Notes: generated by a model from the letters alone, not told the origin. Shown: positions 13,440 through 25,949, numbered from the whole stretch's first letter. The stretch: DNA of 63,496 bases, filler included, from Octopus bimaculoides (GCF_001194135.2; 4 parts of 4 records of this genome joined end to end with filler, not necessarily neighbours in it), one strand, 5' to 3'. Translations and numbers: made by a program.

Positions 13440-14400
13440 GTGACGATGATCGAGGTAAGGTATCCCACGATGGTGATCACATTCTACTTCGATTAGCGTC
13501 TGAAATTTGTTCCCACTGGATACAATCAGCATTTTGGACTCTATTTGAACTACGAAATGTGAATCCTTGTTATGCTTCTTCAGCCTTATCAAGAATATTG
13601 GTATGTGTTTCAAATTCATGCGTTCCTCCCGTGTCTTTTGTATGACCACAGTATTTCCATTGTTCTATCAATCTCCTGTGTTCTTTTCGAGCAGTCATTA
13701 TGAGCTTAGGCCCTCCATATGAATGAATGTGAAATTCACATCCTCCATATTGGTGTGCAAAACTTTGTGAGAGAGTCAAATCTCTTATTTAGTGAGATAG
13801 TCTTTGTGAGAGAGTCAAATTACACTTATTTAGTTTGAGTCCAAATCTTCATTCTGTTTCTTCTATATTTTACTATTCTGCAGATTTCTTATATTTCTTG
13901 CGGACTGTGACCGTTGTTGTTGCCCTCATAACAGCATCATCGATAGCCATATTCTTGATCCCGGGAGTCGACTGATGTCACCGACTCTGTTGCTGTAATC
14001 GGCTTTTTTTATTCTTCGTTCATTTTTCCTCTTTTCAAGTGACCTTTACTGCCTGTCATGGACCTTCTCTTCCCCTCTTTGCTCCAAATGGACTATAACT
14101 CCAGGTTGTCTATGTTTGACGGGATACATCATGATGATTTGTATCACCATAAAACTTTCAACCGATTACATATTAGTACAAGTCCCTTTCGCTATTTAAG
14201 CCTACTTGGGTATAATCACAAAAGTGACTAAAGATATTGCCAAGTTCCATATGAGCGTCTTTTGCCATGAGCTTTTATTTGTCTTGCCCATATTCTACAA
14301 CGCCTCTCTGAAGGCAGCACTATAGAGCACAAGACGTAACAGAATTCACACTTCCTTCCACTTTATTCAGGAATAATACGCACTGGATTCCATATTTGTT
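13440..14400 (-). mobile_element. Decayed RTE/CR1-like RT remnant
   Basis: Minus strand AIDDAVMRA (13921-13950, YADD-like), RMKI, then SFAHQYGG...TARKEHRRLIEQWK, in the order expected for the RT C-terminus. Confidence 0.35.
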
Positions 14401-15218
14401 TGCATATCTTGAAGTAGATGTATTACGCTGCATCTTTGCAAAAATAATCTTGAAAAACTCTTTAGATTGCATAAGGACTTTTAACATATCTCTTTGATAA
14501 TTGTTCTTTTGCCTGGAATCGATTCACAACGTCATTCTTTCATTCGCAAGTTATTCTTTCATTCTAGAATATCTAGATACCGTTCATGATTGTGGTGTTT
14601 TGCCTATTTACATTTCAGTTTGCTTTCACTATATTTTTTCCGTTGTAATTATCAAACTTTATCTATTTCTGTTAATGCGTGTTTAATGAAATGTTTTTTC
14701 GTCTGAATGTTGTCTACTGTAAATCTATCTTTGCTATTATATATATACAACAACCAATACCTTTGCTACGATCATTGTGGCAAACACCTATTCTCGCAAC
14801 CCCGTTTGTAGACTTGTTAGATTAATATTTAATATCAATAAATATCTGCGAATTGGCAGAGTCGTTAAAACGTTAGAAGAAATTTCTTTTTCCGGCACCT
14901 TGTGATTTCATTTCAGATCACGCAAAAATAAACATCATCTTTACTCATATATCCATACATAAATAGTAGTAGGTAATTACGATCCAGGGATCCGAGTGTG
15001 GGAAGTTAGTAAAACGTTAGACGACAAAGAGTAAGTTACACACTACTTCTTCTATCAAAGTTAAAACGAATTCCCATAAGCCTATTGTTTCCATGCAACT
15101 CATGGTTTAGCAAACTAACGTTGCTAACAACGTGGATAAAAATCCGAAAGATGAGTAGTGGACAATGTTAGACAGTGGGAAGGTCACTAAAGATAGAAAT
15201 AAAGTGGGTGTGGTTAAG

Positions 15219-15340
15219 TAGTCATTAAGAAGATAAAGGAAAGGAATACACAGACACACACACACACACATATATATATATATGTATGTGTGTGTGTGCA
15301 CGCGCTCGCGTGTATATATATATGTATGTGTGTGTGTGTG

Positions 15341-15377
<37 letters not shown>

Positions 15378-15982
15378 NNNNNNNNNNNNNNNNNNNNNNN
15401 NNNNNNNNNNNNNNNNNNNNNNNNNNNNNNNNNNNNNNNNNNNNNNNNNNNNNNNNNNNNNNNNNNNNNNNNNNNNNNNNNNNNNNNNNNNNNNNNNNNN
15501 NNNNNNNNNNNNNNNNNNNNNNNNNNNNNNNNNNNNNNNNNNNNNNNNNNNNNNNNNNNNNNNNNNNNNNNNNNNNNNNNNNNNNNNNNNNNNNNNNNNN
15601 NNNNNNNNNNNNNNNNNNNNNNNNNNNNNNNNNNNNNNNNNNNNNNNNNNNNNNNNNNNNNNNNNNNNNNNNNNNNNNNNNNNNNNNNNNNNNNNNNNNN
15701 NNNNNNNNNNNNNNNNNNNNNNNNNNNNNNNNNNNNNNNNNNNNNNNNNNNNNNNNNNNNNNNNNNNNNNNNNNNNNNNNNNNNNNNNNNNNNNNNNNNN
15801 NNNNNNNNNNNNNNNNNNNNNNNNNNNNNNNNNNNNNNNNNNNNNNNNNNNNNNNNNNNNNNNNNNNNNNNNNNNNNNNNNNNNNNNNNNNNNNNNNNNN
15901 NNNNNNNNNNNNTAGTCATTAAGAAGATAAAGGAAAGGAATACACAGACACACACACACACACATATATATATATATGTATG
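15219..15982. other. Assembly gap with the same ~70 bp on both sides
   Basis: 15219-15288 is repeated at 15913-15982 across the 15378-15912 gap. Confidence 0.85.
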
Positions 15983-16399
15983 TTTATATATATACATATA
16001 TTCTTTTATACTTGGGTATACACACACACACATACACACATAGATATGTTTGCGATTGAATAATGTGGAGATGAACTGTATGCTCTGACCTTGGCAATGT
16101 TATAAAGGTCCGTATATTCCGAAAACTTTGTTGATTAAAGAGACAATGTATGAGGTATGCGAAAGTATTAAACATATTCTAATAGCAAGCCATTAATCAC
16201 AATAAATTCTAATATAGGTAGAGCGCCTCCAGTTATTGCCTTGAGCCTTAATTCATCGTCTGCAAAGGAGAAAATTCAAAGTTGGCCTCAGTGGAGAACG
16301 GTACTTAAACTAAGATCGTAAACTTCCAAACCAAATACCGCATGACATTTTGTTGGACGTCTTAGCGAATCTTGCGATTAACCGCAATAGTTCTATTAG

Positions 16400-16475
16400 T
16401 AGAACTATATAGACGGACGAAATGACCTTAAGCATTTAGACCGGATTGCTAATGATTCTGCCAGATCACCGCATA
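16400..16475 (-). mobile_element. SINE family B head fragment
   Basis: Reverse complement GCGGTGATCTGGCAGAATCATTAGCAATCCGG... Confidence 0.6.
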
Positions 16476-16545
16476 TGTAGTGGTAATAGTGGACGGCATG
16501 GACATTCCTCTCCAGGTGCCGTGCAGCAAGCCCACTAACCTTTCC

Positions 16546-17306
16546 TGGTTAACTGCACGCACTCGTACAGTGTCCTACCATTTCCGAGCTGTGTGCTTAC
16601 GTCGAACAATTGCTATCGCGTGTGGGACGAGTCGGTCTATCAGCTGAGTCTATCGTGAATATTGTCGCGTCTCCTTCGTTTAAACGGGAAGGAAGGGCTA
16701 TTTTCATCGTGCTTGTGGCTATGGCGAAAGAATGTGTATGGTGGACGCGTCTGAAAGGTCTAGAGACAAAGACTTTCCTCTCTGGGCAATCTCTGATCAA
16801 CTTCTTCAAGTATCACCTGAAGAGGAAGGTGAGAGTAGAAAGGGAAGCCTTGTCTAGTGAATGCTTAAAAAAAGGATGGGTGAATGTAGCAAGGCTGACA
16901 CGTGTGAATGACGGAGCCACCTTGAGCATACCACTATAAAAGAGTAAAAAAAATCCAGAAAAAAAAAACAAAAAGGCGAAAGAGAGTCACTTACTGTTAT
17001 AGTTTCTTCAATAACAATGATAATTTTGGCCAAGGTTACCGTGGTCTTTTCCGTAGGCTTTTCTTTCCACGGCTAAACCTAAATTGTCCTACCCCTTTTT
17101 ACACGAGAACATTACTGTGATACACGATCCCTATTGATCGTTTTTTTTTCCCGATCCATTTTGATCGAACTCCCCTCTTTTTTCTTTCCTACGATCCCTT
17201 TCGATCGACACTCCCTTTTTTTCTCTCCTTCCCTTCCAAAAAAGAAAAGCTCTACATTGTATTTGTCCCCTCTGTTTAAATCCCTGTGTAGCTAATAAAA
17301 GAAATG

Positions 17307-17325
<19 letters not shown>
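16546..17325 (+). mobile_element. 5'-truncated Tx1/L1-type LINE 3' end (ORF2 C-terminus plus 3' UTR)
   Basis: LHALVQCPTISELCAYVEQL runs into ORF 16610-16939 (...AKECVWWTRLKG...HLKRKVRVE), clearly homologous to the C-terminus of 3796-6650; UTR ends near AATAAA before (TATC)n. Confidence 0.8.
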
Positions 17326-17392
<67 letters not shown>

Positions 17393-17899
17393 GCTAGCTA
17401 GATATGGATACATATGAATGCAATTGTTTATATATGTATAAGTGAGTATGAGTGTTCGATTCCAGAAATTGCCAAAACTTTAAAATTAAGTATGGCATGA
17501 AGCCAGTCTCCGAGATACTTGGCGTAATGAGAGCAGTGGAAAATGGGAAACTATTTTACATACAGTGTTAGCGATTTTGGCAACAAAAGGTGTAAAACAA
17601 AAGTGAGCAAATACTGAATGCGTGCAAGGAAGCTTTCTTAAAAGCGTACACATCACACATATATCACACAGATTTATTGGTAAAGCGATAAATGCATCTG
17701 CATATGTAAACGTACCCCTATATGGAACACGCACATACACACATACATACATATATACATGCACATACTATCTATATATATGTGTGTGTATGTATGTATA
17801 TGTATATCTATCTATCTATCTATTATATATGTATATATGAAACACGTACATACACACATATATAAACATATACATGCGTGTATATGTGTGTATGTGTGT

Positions 17900-17980
<81 letters not shown>
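17326..17980. repeat. (TATC)n at 17326-17390 and (TG)n at 17880-17980
   Basis: Directly visible. Confidence 0.9.
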
Positions 17981-17983
<3 letters not shown>

Positions 17984-18550
17984 AAAGAAAGTTTTGCCTG
18001 ACATTTACTGATGGTATGAATCTGTGTTGGGAAGAAAGTCGTATGTCTTGTGAACAGAAGGTTCACTGTGTCTTTAGGATAATATATGCTTAACGCTCCC
18101 ACCACGTAATTGATATATGTACTTGTATATATACACACATACACTACTATGTGACAGGCCTTTGCGATATTTCTATCTACTAAATTTCCCCACATGTTAT
18201 TGCTGTCCCGGAGCTATACAGAAGAGCCCCTGCACGAGATAGTGCTGTGAGACTGACGCAAAATAGAAACAGATCGCTGCTATCCCCCCTTCTTTCAAAG
18301 ACTCCAACAACGAAGATTTTTCTAGTAATAACAACTGCACACTTAGGCAGCTTGCAGGGGGAAAAGCGAAATACTTAAAATAGCATTTAATAAACCAATA
18401 TCACACATCGAAGCGCTTCCAACCATTGAGAAGTTTGAAACACATGTTAGTAAGCGTAATAATCAGGCACGCACATTTGCATACTCACACACGCAGAAAA
18501 GTACGCATGCGCACACGCGCACACACACTTACATACTCACACACACATAT

Positions 18551-18581
<31 letters not shown>

Positions 18582-18874
18582 TATATACACACACACACAC
18601 ACATAATAATTTCATATGGTGTTAACGCAAGAGTTTACCCTACTAAATTCATCCGAGACTAATCTTACGAAAAACATTTGTAACGCTAGCAGAGTTAATA
18701 TTTTTCTTTAATGTTAAAGATATAATTTCAGAAATAGAAGTGTCAGTTCTCTGGATAATGAACGTTTATGATCCTGAAGGAGTCTAAAGGCGTAGAAATA
18801 CTGGACAATACGCCAGATGTTGAAACTGCACGAAAGTGTTACGCAGAGAAAAAAAAAAAAAACACTGATAACAA

Positions 18875-19520
18875 AATAGCATCACTGAAACACCAGAGAT
18901 TATACAAAGTGATCGGAAAGGGATTGGTTGCAATCCTTTGAAACCATTTGCCGCAGAGGGAGCGCAGGGCCGACGTCAGTAGCTGTGTTAAAACCAGAAA
19001 AGTAGAAAAATGCCCTCAGAAAAGTCAGATGAAGAAGTGGGAAGAAAAGTATTTTGAAGTTGTTTGAAATGAGATGTAGTGGTGGAGCAGATTCACGGTT
19101 GACGTTCCTTCTTCTAGCCACCTATAATGTACTGCCATCCCTATGAAATCTGCGAAGAAGGGAAATAGCAAAAGATGACAAATGGAGATGCAGAACAGTT
19201 GACACGCTAAAGCATATACTATCTAACTGATTTATGGCGTTTGAAAGTTATACATGGTGGCTGAATGGCGTTCATAACATTTCTATGGTGTCACCAGGAA
19301 GCAGATGGATGCTAGTAAACCTCAGAAGGATGCCAGTAAACAATTTATCACCTTTCTCCGTCTAGGTTAAGATAGTTACCGAAAACACGAAAACTGTGAA
19401 TGACGAGAACTGGGACAGAGTATGGTAAATAGCAGCAGATCTTATAGGGTAAGATCTTAATGCGTAAAATATTCTGTGAGGAATGTAAGATAAAACACCT
19501 TGAGGAATTATCTGTTTCGA
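18875..19520 (+). mobile_element. Decayed Hero-like RLE non-LTR retrotransposon fragment (zinc-finger region)
   Basis: One frame 19099-19260 reads LTFLLLATYNVLPSL*NLRRR...WRCRTVDTLKHILSN*...SYTWWLNGV, matching the xSFLLxxTYDxLPSPxNL...TLxHILSxC...RYTWRHN pattern; upstream QSDRKGIG, downstream ADL. Confidence 0.7.
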
Positions 19521-19603
19521 ACTAAGTCAATTTACATGCAGCCTAGAAAAGCCTTTCTGTTTTATGAATCTATATTTGAAATGATTATACATAATTCCTC
19601 TCC

Positions 19604-19642
<39 letters not shown>

Positions 19643-19817
19643 AATATAGTGGGTATTGGGGCTTTCTCAGAGTGTCCAGGAGAGGACTGTTGCAGATTTT
19701 ACTATAGTCATTCTTAGGCCACGAGTTTATTTACATTTCTTTGGTGCATTCAGTTACATGTCACAGCTAACATTACAATTCATTAAATTCATAGGGCTAT
19801 CAGGCTGTGTTTATGTT

Positions 19818-19899
<82 letters not shown>

Positions 19900-19999
19900 N
19901 NNNNNNNNNNNNNNNNNNNNNNNNNNNNNNNNNNNNNNNNNNNTTAATTAATTAANNNNNNNNNNNNNNNNNNNNNNNNNNNNNNNNNNNNNNNNNNNN
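19900..19999. other. Artificial 100-bp spacer 44N-TTAATTAATTAA-44N
   Basis: Identical construct at 29227-29326 and 36904-37003; the 12-mer has stops in all six frames. Confidence 0.95.
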
Positions 20000-20304
20000 T
20001 TTGCTTTTTTCATTTTAAATTTGCTTTAACCCTAATCCTAACCCTAGGGTTAGGGTTAGGGTTAATTGTTTCAGAATCGTTTGTTTATGTAGTCGGCACT
20101 TAATGTATATCGGCTGAATGGACGTCAGTGATTGGTTGAAATTACAGAAACACGACAACTTTAACATGGAATAACTTATGGATTTCTTTTTTTTTTAAGA
20201 AGACTAAGAGAAAAAGATGTTTTATATGACACATTCTATCAGTGTTCCAAGTTTCAAAGTGTTTCGTTAATGAAAAATGTGGTCCCCGTTTTAAAAAAGA
20301 TCCT
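20000..20304. mobile_element. Right half of a foldback/MITE element centred on (CCCTAA)n(TTAGGG)n
   Basis: 20267-20304 is the inverted repeat of 28830-28866; 20124-20143 is a perfect inverted repeat of 28996-29015. Confidence 0.75.
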
Positions 20305-20487
20305 AAAATTGTTATGAATATATTAATGTTATTAATATTATGAATATACTGTAGTGAGCTTATTTTAATTATTAATTAGTGAATATTACTAGAGATCTGA
20401 CTTATTTAAATAGGTCATTTTATCTGCGTCATCCTGTAAATATACACATATGCACAATCACACATACATATACATATATACAGATAT

Positions 20488-20523
<36 letters not shown>

Positions 20524-20671
20524 AGGAAAAATAAGGATAAACAGGAGTTTATATAAAAGCTCCTACGCACGATTCACCATTATGGTTGCTTGGAGCCACG
20601 CAACAGGGGAGAGAGAGAGAGGGGGGAGTTCCAGCATGACCGCAGCTGCATGGCTGAAATGAATGATAGAG

Positions 20672-20710
<39 letters not shown>

Positions 20711-20719
20711 GGGGGGGGT

Positions 20720-21324
20720 ATAGAACCTTAGATATAACCCCAGTTAAGTCCAGGGAGTATTATGGCAGTATTTTGAATGATGTTTTCATGTTGAAGTAAT
20801 GGATTAACGGATGCTGCCAAAATACTGACTGGATTTACCTGGGATTATACCTAAGGGCTTATACCTTCACAGAAGTACGAACCAACCTACATACCTTCTG
20901 GAAAAAGATGAACTGTGAACTTTATTCTCCTGTCTGTATTATTCTGTCTACTTTTACTCTTTATTCCTCTATTTTATTCCTTATAAACTGAATTTCCCTG
21001 TCTGGAACTTTTATACATATTCACCTTGTCTCTGATGAGGAATACCTAGTGTACGGACATACTGGCCTATCACTTGGGATATCCCAGACACAGCTGTAAG
21101 ACTTCAAATTCACCTTGCCCTAAATTATTATAAATGGCTTGGGATACTCGTCCCACCTTGGTTTTGGTTGTCCTTTTCCTCTAATATATACCTGCTAACA
21201 CGGAAGCCTAATACGGATCCCTAGCTCCAACCTCAGCCTTGAACTTAGAACCTAAAGGACGACCAATTATAGCACTTACTCAGCATACCTATTCGTTTAG
21301 ATCACCAGTGAACTAAACCCCTCA
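20720..21324 (+). mobile_element. Putative PLE-derived terminal-repeat (pLTR-like) element
   Basis: 45-bp-arm hairpin at 20727-20855, pyrimidine-rich tract, then an HHR motif at 21028-21102. Confidence 0.5.
21028..21102 (+). ncRNA. Type I hammerhead ribozyme motif, degenerate core
   Basis: Stem I GTCT/AGAC; CTGATGA; long imperfect stem II GGAATACCTAGTG/CACTTGGGATATCC; GAAA changed to GACA; palindromic stem III ACAGCTGT; GTA triplet. Confidence 0.65.
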
Positions 21325-22985
21325 NNNNNNNNNNGTGTGTGTACGTGTGTGGAAATGTCGTGTATCAATTTTAATGAATATTTTGAACATTATTAGAGAG
21401 ATATCACTTAATTAAATCAACCGCCTTATCTAGGCCATCCTCTCTGTATGTATGTATGTGTGTTTGCACGTGCGTGCGTGCGTGTGTGCATGTGTTTGTT
21501 TCATTGTAATCATTAAAAAAAATATATATATATATATATAATATTTATAACTCTCCTGATTTTTCTTCATAATACGTTGGAACTCCTGCTGCACATTCTT
21601 TGGTCGTTGCTTATTCTTCCTCTAAAGAGACAGTGTAATCTGGCTGATAAGCGAATATTTTCGCTATAGTTATGCAGATTAGTTGCTCTTGTGCTGCAAA
21701 GAATAGAAAAATCCCAGCCAAAATAACGAAAATTCGTGATAACAATTAAAATGATTTTATTCACGTTCGCTGCTGGTCGATAAACATTGATAAACCAGCT
21801 AAGCTGTGACAAGCTATATCAACCACNNNNNNNNNNNNNNNNNNNNNNNNNNNNNNNNNNNNNNNNNNNNNNNNNNNNNNNNNNNNNNNNNNNNNNNNNN
21901 NNNNNNNNNNNNNNNNNNNNNNNNNNNNNNNNNNNNNNNNNNNNNNNNNNNNNNNNNNNNNNNNNNNNNNNNNNNNNNNNNNNNNNNNNNNNNNNNNNNN
22001 NNNNNNNNNNNNNNNNNNNNNNNNNNNNNNNNNNNNNNNNNNNNNNNNNNNNNNNNNNNNNNNNNNNNNNNNNNNNNNNNNNNNNNNNNNNNNNNNNNNN
22101 NNNNNNNNNNNNNNNNNNNNNNNNNNNNNNNNNNNNNNNNNNNNNNNNNNNNNNNNNNNNNNNNNNNNNNNNNNNNNNNNNNNNNNNNNNNNNNNATATA
22201 TATATATATATATACGAATACAGCGATCTACGAATGTTTACTGGTGATGTAATGACGCATATATGTGTGTGTGTGTGTGTGTGTGTGAGTGTGCTCAATG
22301 TGCTGTGCATGGATGTGTGTGTATGTGTGTACGATGTGAATTTGTTGACGAAGCGGTAAATGAACCGACGAATCATACATGTTTGTGCGAACGCTTGTAC
22401 AATGATATTGTACGAGTATAAGAGATAGTATTCCATGTACGTATGCATATCATGCATGTAGATACGTATGATATAGACACAGCCTGCAAATATCTGCATG
22501 ATTTGTGAGCTTTCGTTCAAGCTCGCAAACAGAAAATTCCTGAGTTCGAAGTTCATGTGCACACGTGACTTTGCGTTCCTTCAACAACACGTGTTCTCCA
22601 CGAACTCTGCACCGGTTAGTAAAGGGAATAGGTCATTGTAGAGTTTATGCTGTGGCAATTATAGTTCCAAATGCGACGAGCAGCATGACTTTGTTGAATT
22701 TTCGTTTGTCCTTAATACGAACACAAGATGGTTTCTGTTAGTCGGAGAGGCATAACTGTTTAATTTACCACTGTCCTGAACGACGGTGTTAAGGTGGTCA
22801 GTAAAAATGATAATTGGGTTGACACTTAATAGCTTATCTGCTGAAAGACAACCGCTTTCACTACTACTCTGGATTACATCAGTAATTCTAAGTTACCACG
22901 GCTTATAATCCTTCATACTTTAACTAGTCTTTATGTCAGACCGCCAATGGTAGCAATGACTTCAAATGTCGGCTCAACGCCAGAA

Positions 22986-23135
22986 GTTTGAGGGGAAAGG
23001 GATAGTCAATTAAATCGCTCTCAGTATTTAACTGGTACTTTATTTCATCGGTCCCGAAAGGAAGAAAAGCAAAATCGACATCCGTAGGATTTGATCTCAG
23101 AACATAAAGAGCCAGAACAAATACTGCTAAGCAGT
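22986..23135 (-). mobile_element. SINE family B fragment
   Basis: CTGGTACTTATTTCATCGGTCCCGAAAGGAAGAAAAGCAAAATCGAC is the reverse complement of the family core. Confidence 0.7.
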
Positions 23136-23164
23136 ATCGAAACTAATCGAAAACAGTCTCATCT

Positions 23165-23549
23165 GTTGTTGGCACTCCGTCGCTTACGACGTCGAGGGTT
23201 CCAGTTGATCTGATCAACGGAACAGCCTGCTCGTGAAATTAACGTGCAAATGGCTGAGCACTCCACAGACACGTGTACCCTTAACGTAGTTCTCGGGGAT
23301 ATTCAACGTGACACAGTGTGACAAGGCTGACCCTTTGAATTACATGCACAACAGAAACAGGAAGTAAGAGTGAGAGAAAGTTGTCGTGAAAGAGTACAGC
23401 AGGGTTCGCCACCATGCCCTGCCGGAGCCTTGTGGAGCTTTAGGTGTTTTCGCTCAATAAACACTCACAACGCCCGGTCTGGGAATCGAAACCGCGATCC
23501 TATGACCGTGAGTCCGCTGCCCTAACCACTGGGCCATTGTGTCTCCACA
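23165..23549 (-). mobile_element. SINE family A, full length
   Basis: Reverse-complement match to 447-830 along its whole length. Confidence 0.9.
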
Positions 23550-24934
23550 GTCTCAGCTGTAATCAATCTGAAAGTCAGCAATTCAATGTCATCTGCACGT
23601 CACAAAAATACTCCCATGAAATTATAGTTGCTGTACTTCTTTTAAAGATGAAGGACATCAAGCCATCACCCTCAAATATTAAATCTTCATTCTCCTCAAG
23701 AAACACTAACAAAATTTCACGTTATATATGTTTATTTGGTTATTTTCATGTCAGGGTGCTATTCTACTTTAGTATCCATATGAAATGTATATTCATAGAG
23801 TAACGGGTCGGGAGAATTTTCAGAGTAGCCGATTGAATAACTAACAGTATTTAGATTAGGTCATCTATTTCTATCGGTTTAACTCTGCTCAGTTTTACTT
23901 TAACTCCTATCCTTTCGACCGGAGAATAGTTGAACGGACACGAACGGCTATCTCAATGAATTAGGAATCGAACAATCAACTGAGAGAGCAGAGTTCGTAA
24001 CTTAAAGATGTGTTCTTCTCAGCTAGGCTCATAAGAAGCACAGAAAAACCTGGGGCAGAGCATCCACGACACCATTTTAAACACTGCTTGAAATCACTTC
24101 CTTTCGTTTAATTTATTCCACTGATACTCTTAGAACAGAACGTCACAACTTTGCATTTTGCTGCCTTCTCTGATATGTAAAATCATGTCAAAAGAAACTA
24201 AATACATTGTGATCCTATAGCTTGCAGTAGAAAACTATATACTACATTGTAATGATGACAAAACACATGAGAATTAAGTATCATTGCTTGTCTAATTACC
24301 GAATACGAAAACCACCATCACGTTTTGTTGATATCCTAACGCTCTATTTCCTCGACTAGCGATCACTTCGCAATGATGAATAAAATAAGACATTTCTGTC
24401 ATTTATCTCACACTAAAACATGTTAGTTTAAACATGATTATCTTAAAACCTGAAACGAGTCCAAAAAATAATCACGTTTCGGACAGTGAACATGCCGGAA
24501 AACAGAACTGATGTTTAGATTATTAGGTCAGCTTAAGTTATAGAAAACACTAATGAGTTCTAAATTGTCTTGCGGTTAGGTGTATGTGAAACCATCCTTT
24601 AAGGTTCTTCAAATTTTCGTGTTCGTTATCAGGGTAATATCCGAAAATATTTTGGCTTCTCTTTTATACTTATTTATATTGAAAGAGATCCGGTTTAAAG
24701 GTTACTGATTGGTTGGGTCGATAAAGGGAACCGGAACTGGCTATTGTTTCTTATCGCAACGTATAGAGAAATGATTGAGTAAAACAAACTTATAATGAAT
24801 AGATTACGAGGAAATATTCGTCACTGACTAATTGACAACGAAAAGTATGCAAAATTGTCTGAGATAATTACTGGTCTGAGTTTATACTTTAATGAGTAAC
24901 TAAATCTGATAAAGAATTATTTTTAACAAAGAAT

Positions 24935-24993
<59 letters not shown>

Positions 24994-25182
24994 ATTTGCA
25001 CATATAAGATATATTATCTCTTTAACATGTGAGTATTAATCACAGCTACTTGTGTAAATTCAGAAAGATAAAAGACTTCGGGAGTCAAATAAAGTCCATG
25101 TTAGCCCCGATTCTGTAATGAGAATATAAGGGAAGATTAAACTCATTCTAGATGAGGTGCTTGTCTCTTATGACATCCATAC

Positions 25183-25533
25183 GTGGAAGCGCAATGGCCG
25201 AGTGGTTAGGACAGCGGACTCGCAGTCATAGGATCGCGGTTTCGATTCCCACACCGAGCGTTGTGTGTGTTTATTGAACGAAAACACCTAAAGCTCCACG
25301 AGGCTCTTCCACCACAACTTTCTCTCATTCTTTCTTCCTGTTTCTGTTGTACCTGTATTTCAAAGGGCCAGCCTTGTCACACTCTGTGTCACGCTGAATC
25401 TTTCCGAGAACTACGTTAAGGGTACACGTGTCTGTGGAGTGCTCAGCCACTTGCACGTTGATTTCACGAGCAAGCTGTTCCGTTGATCGTATCAACTGGA
25501 ACGCTCGTCGTCGTAACCGACGGCGTGCCACGA
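25183..25533 (+). mobile_element. SINE family A with a 33-bp internal deletion and (ACAT)n tail
   Basis: Matches the other family A copies but lacks CGGCAGGGGATGGTGGAGAACCCTGCTGTACTC. Confidence 0.9.
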
Positions 25534-25949
25534 CATACATACATACATACATACATACATACATACATACATGCATACATGATTCAAGCAATATTCCCGC
25601 TAGATTGTTCTTTTAAACATGAACAGCACAGATTTGACTTTTCAGTCCTGCTAGCGATCCACACTCTTTTATTCATCTGTCTATCTCTCCCTCTCTTCCA
25701 TTTACTCCCACACAAGGAGCAAGAGCCCGAAATATGTAATTCTTCACTCTTTACGAAAATTAAATACATACAGGCGCAGGAGTGGTTGTGTGATAAGTAG
25801 CTTGCTTACCAACCACATGGTTCTGGGTTCATTCCCACTGCGTGGCACCTTGGGCAAGTGTCTTCTACTATAGCCTCGGGCCGACCAAAGCCTTCTGAGT
25901 GGATTTGGTAGACGGAAACTGAAAGAAGTCCGTCGTATATATGTATTAG

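Noticed and set aside
15219-15982. Apparent 70-bp direct repeat resembling LTRs or a TSD
   Set aside because: Identical sequence on both sides of a gap next to a (TA)n tract; most likely an unmerged contig overlap
19944-19955. TTAATTAATTAA islands inside N runs (also 29271-29282 and 36948-36959)
   Set aside because: Always exactly 44N+12+44N = 100 bp with stops in six frames: a scaffolding spacer, not biology
20027-20064. Chromosome fusion scar or true telomere
   Set aside because: Only 3-4 units per side, the orientation is opposite to a fusion, and it lies within a repeated element
23881-23996. Inverted repeat AACTCTGCTCAGTT / AACTGAGAGAGCAGAGTT
   Set aside because: Short, has a 4-bp indel, no TSD or second copy; too weak to call a MITE or pre-miRNA
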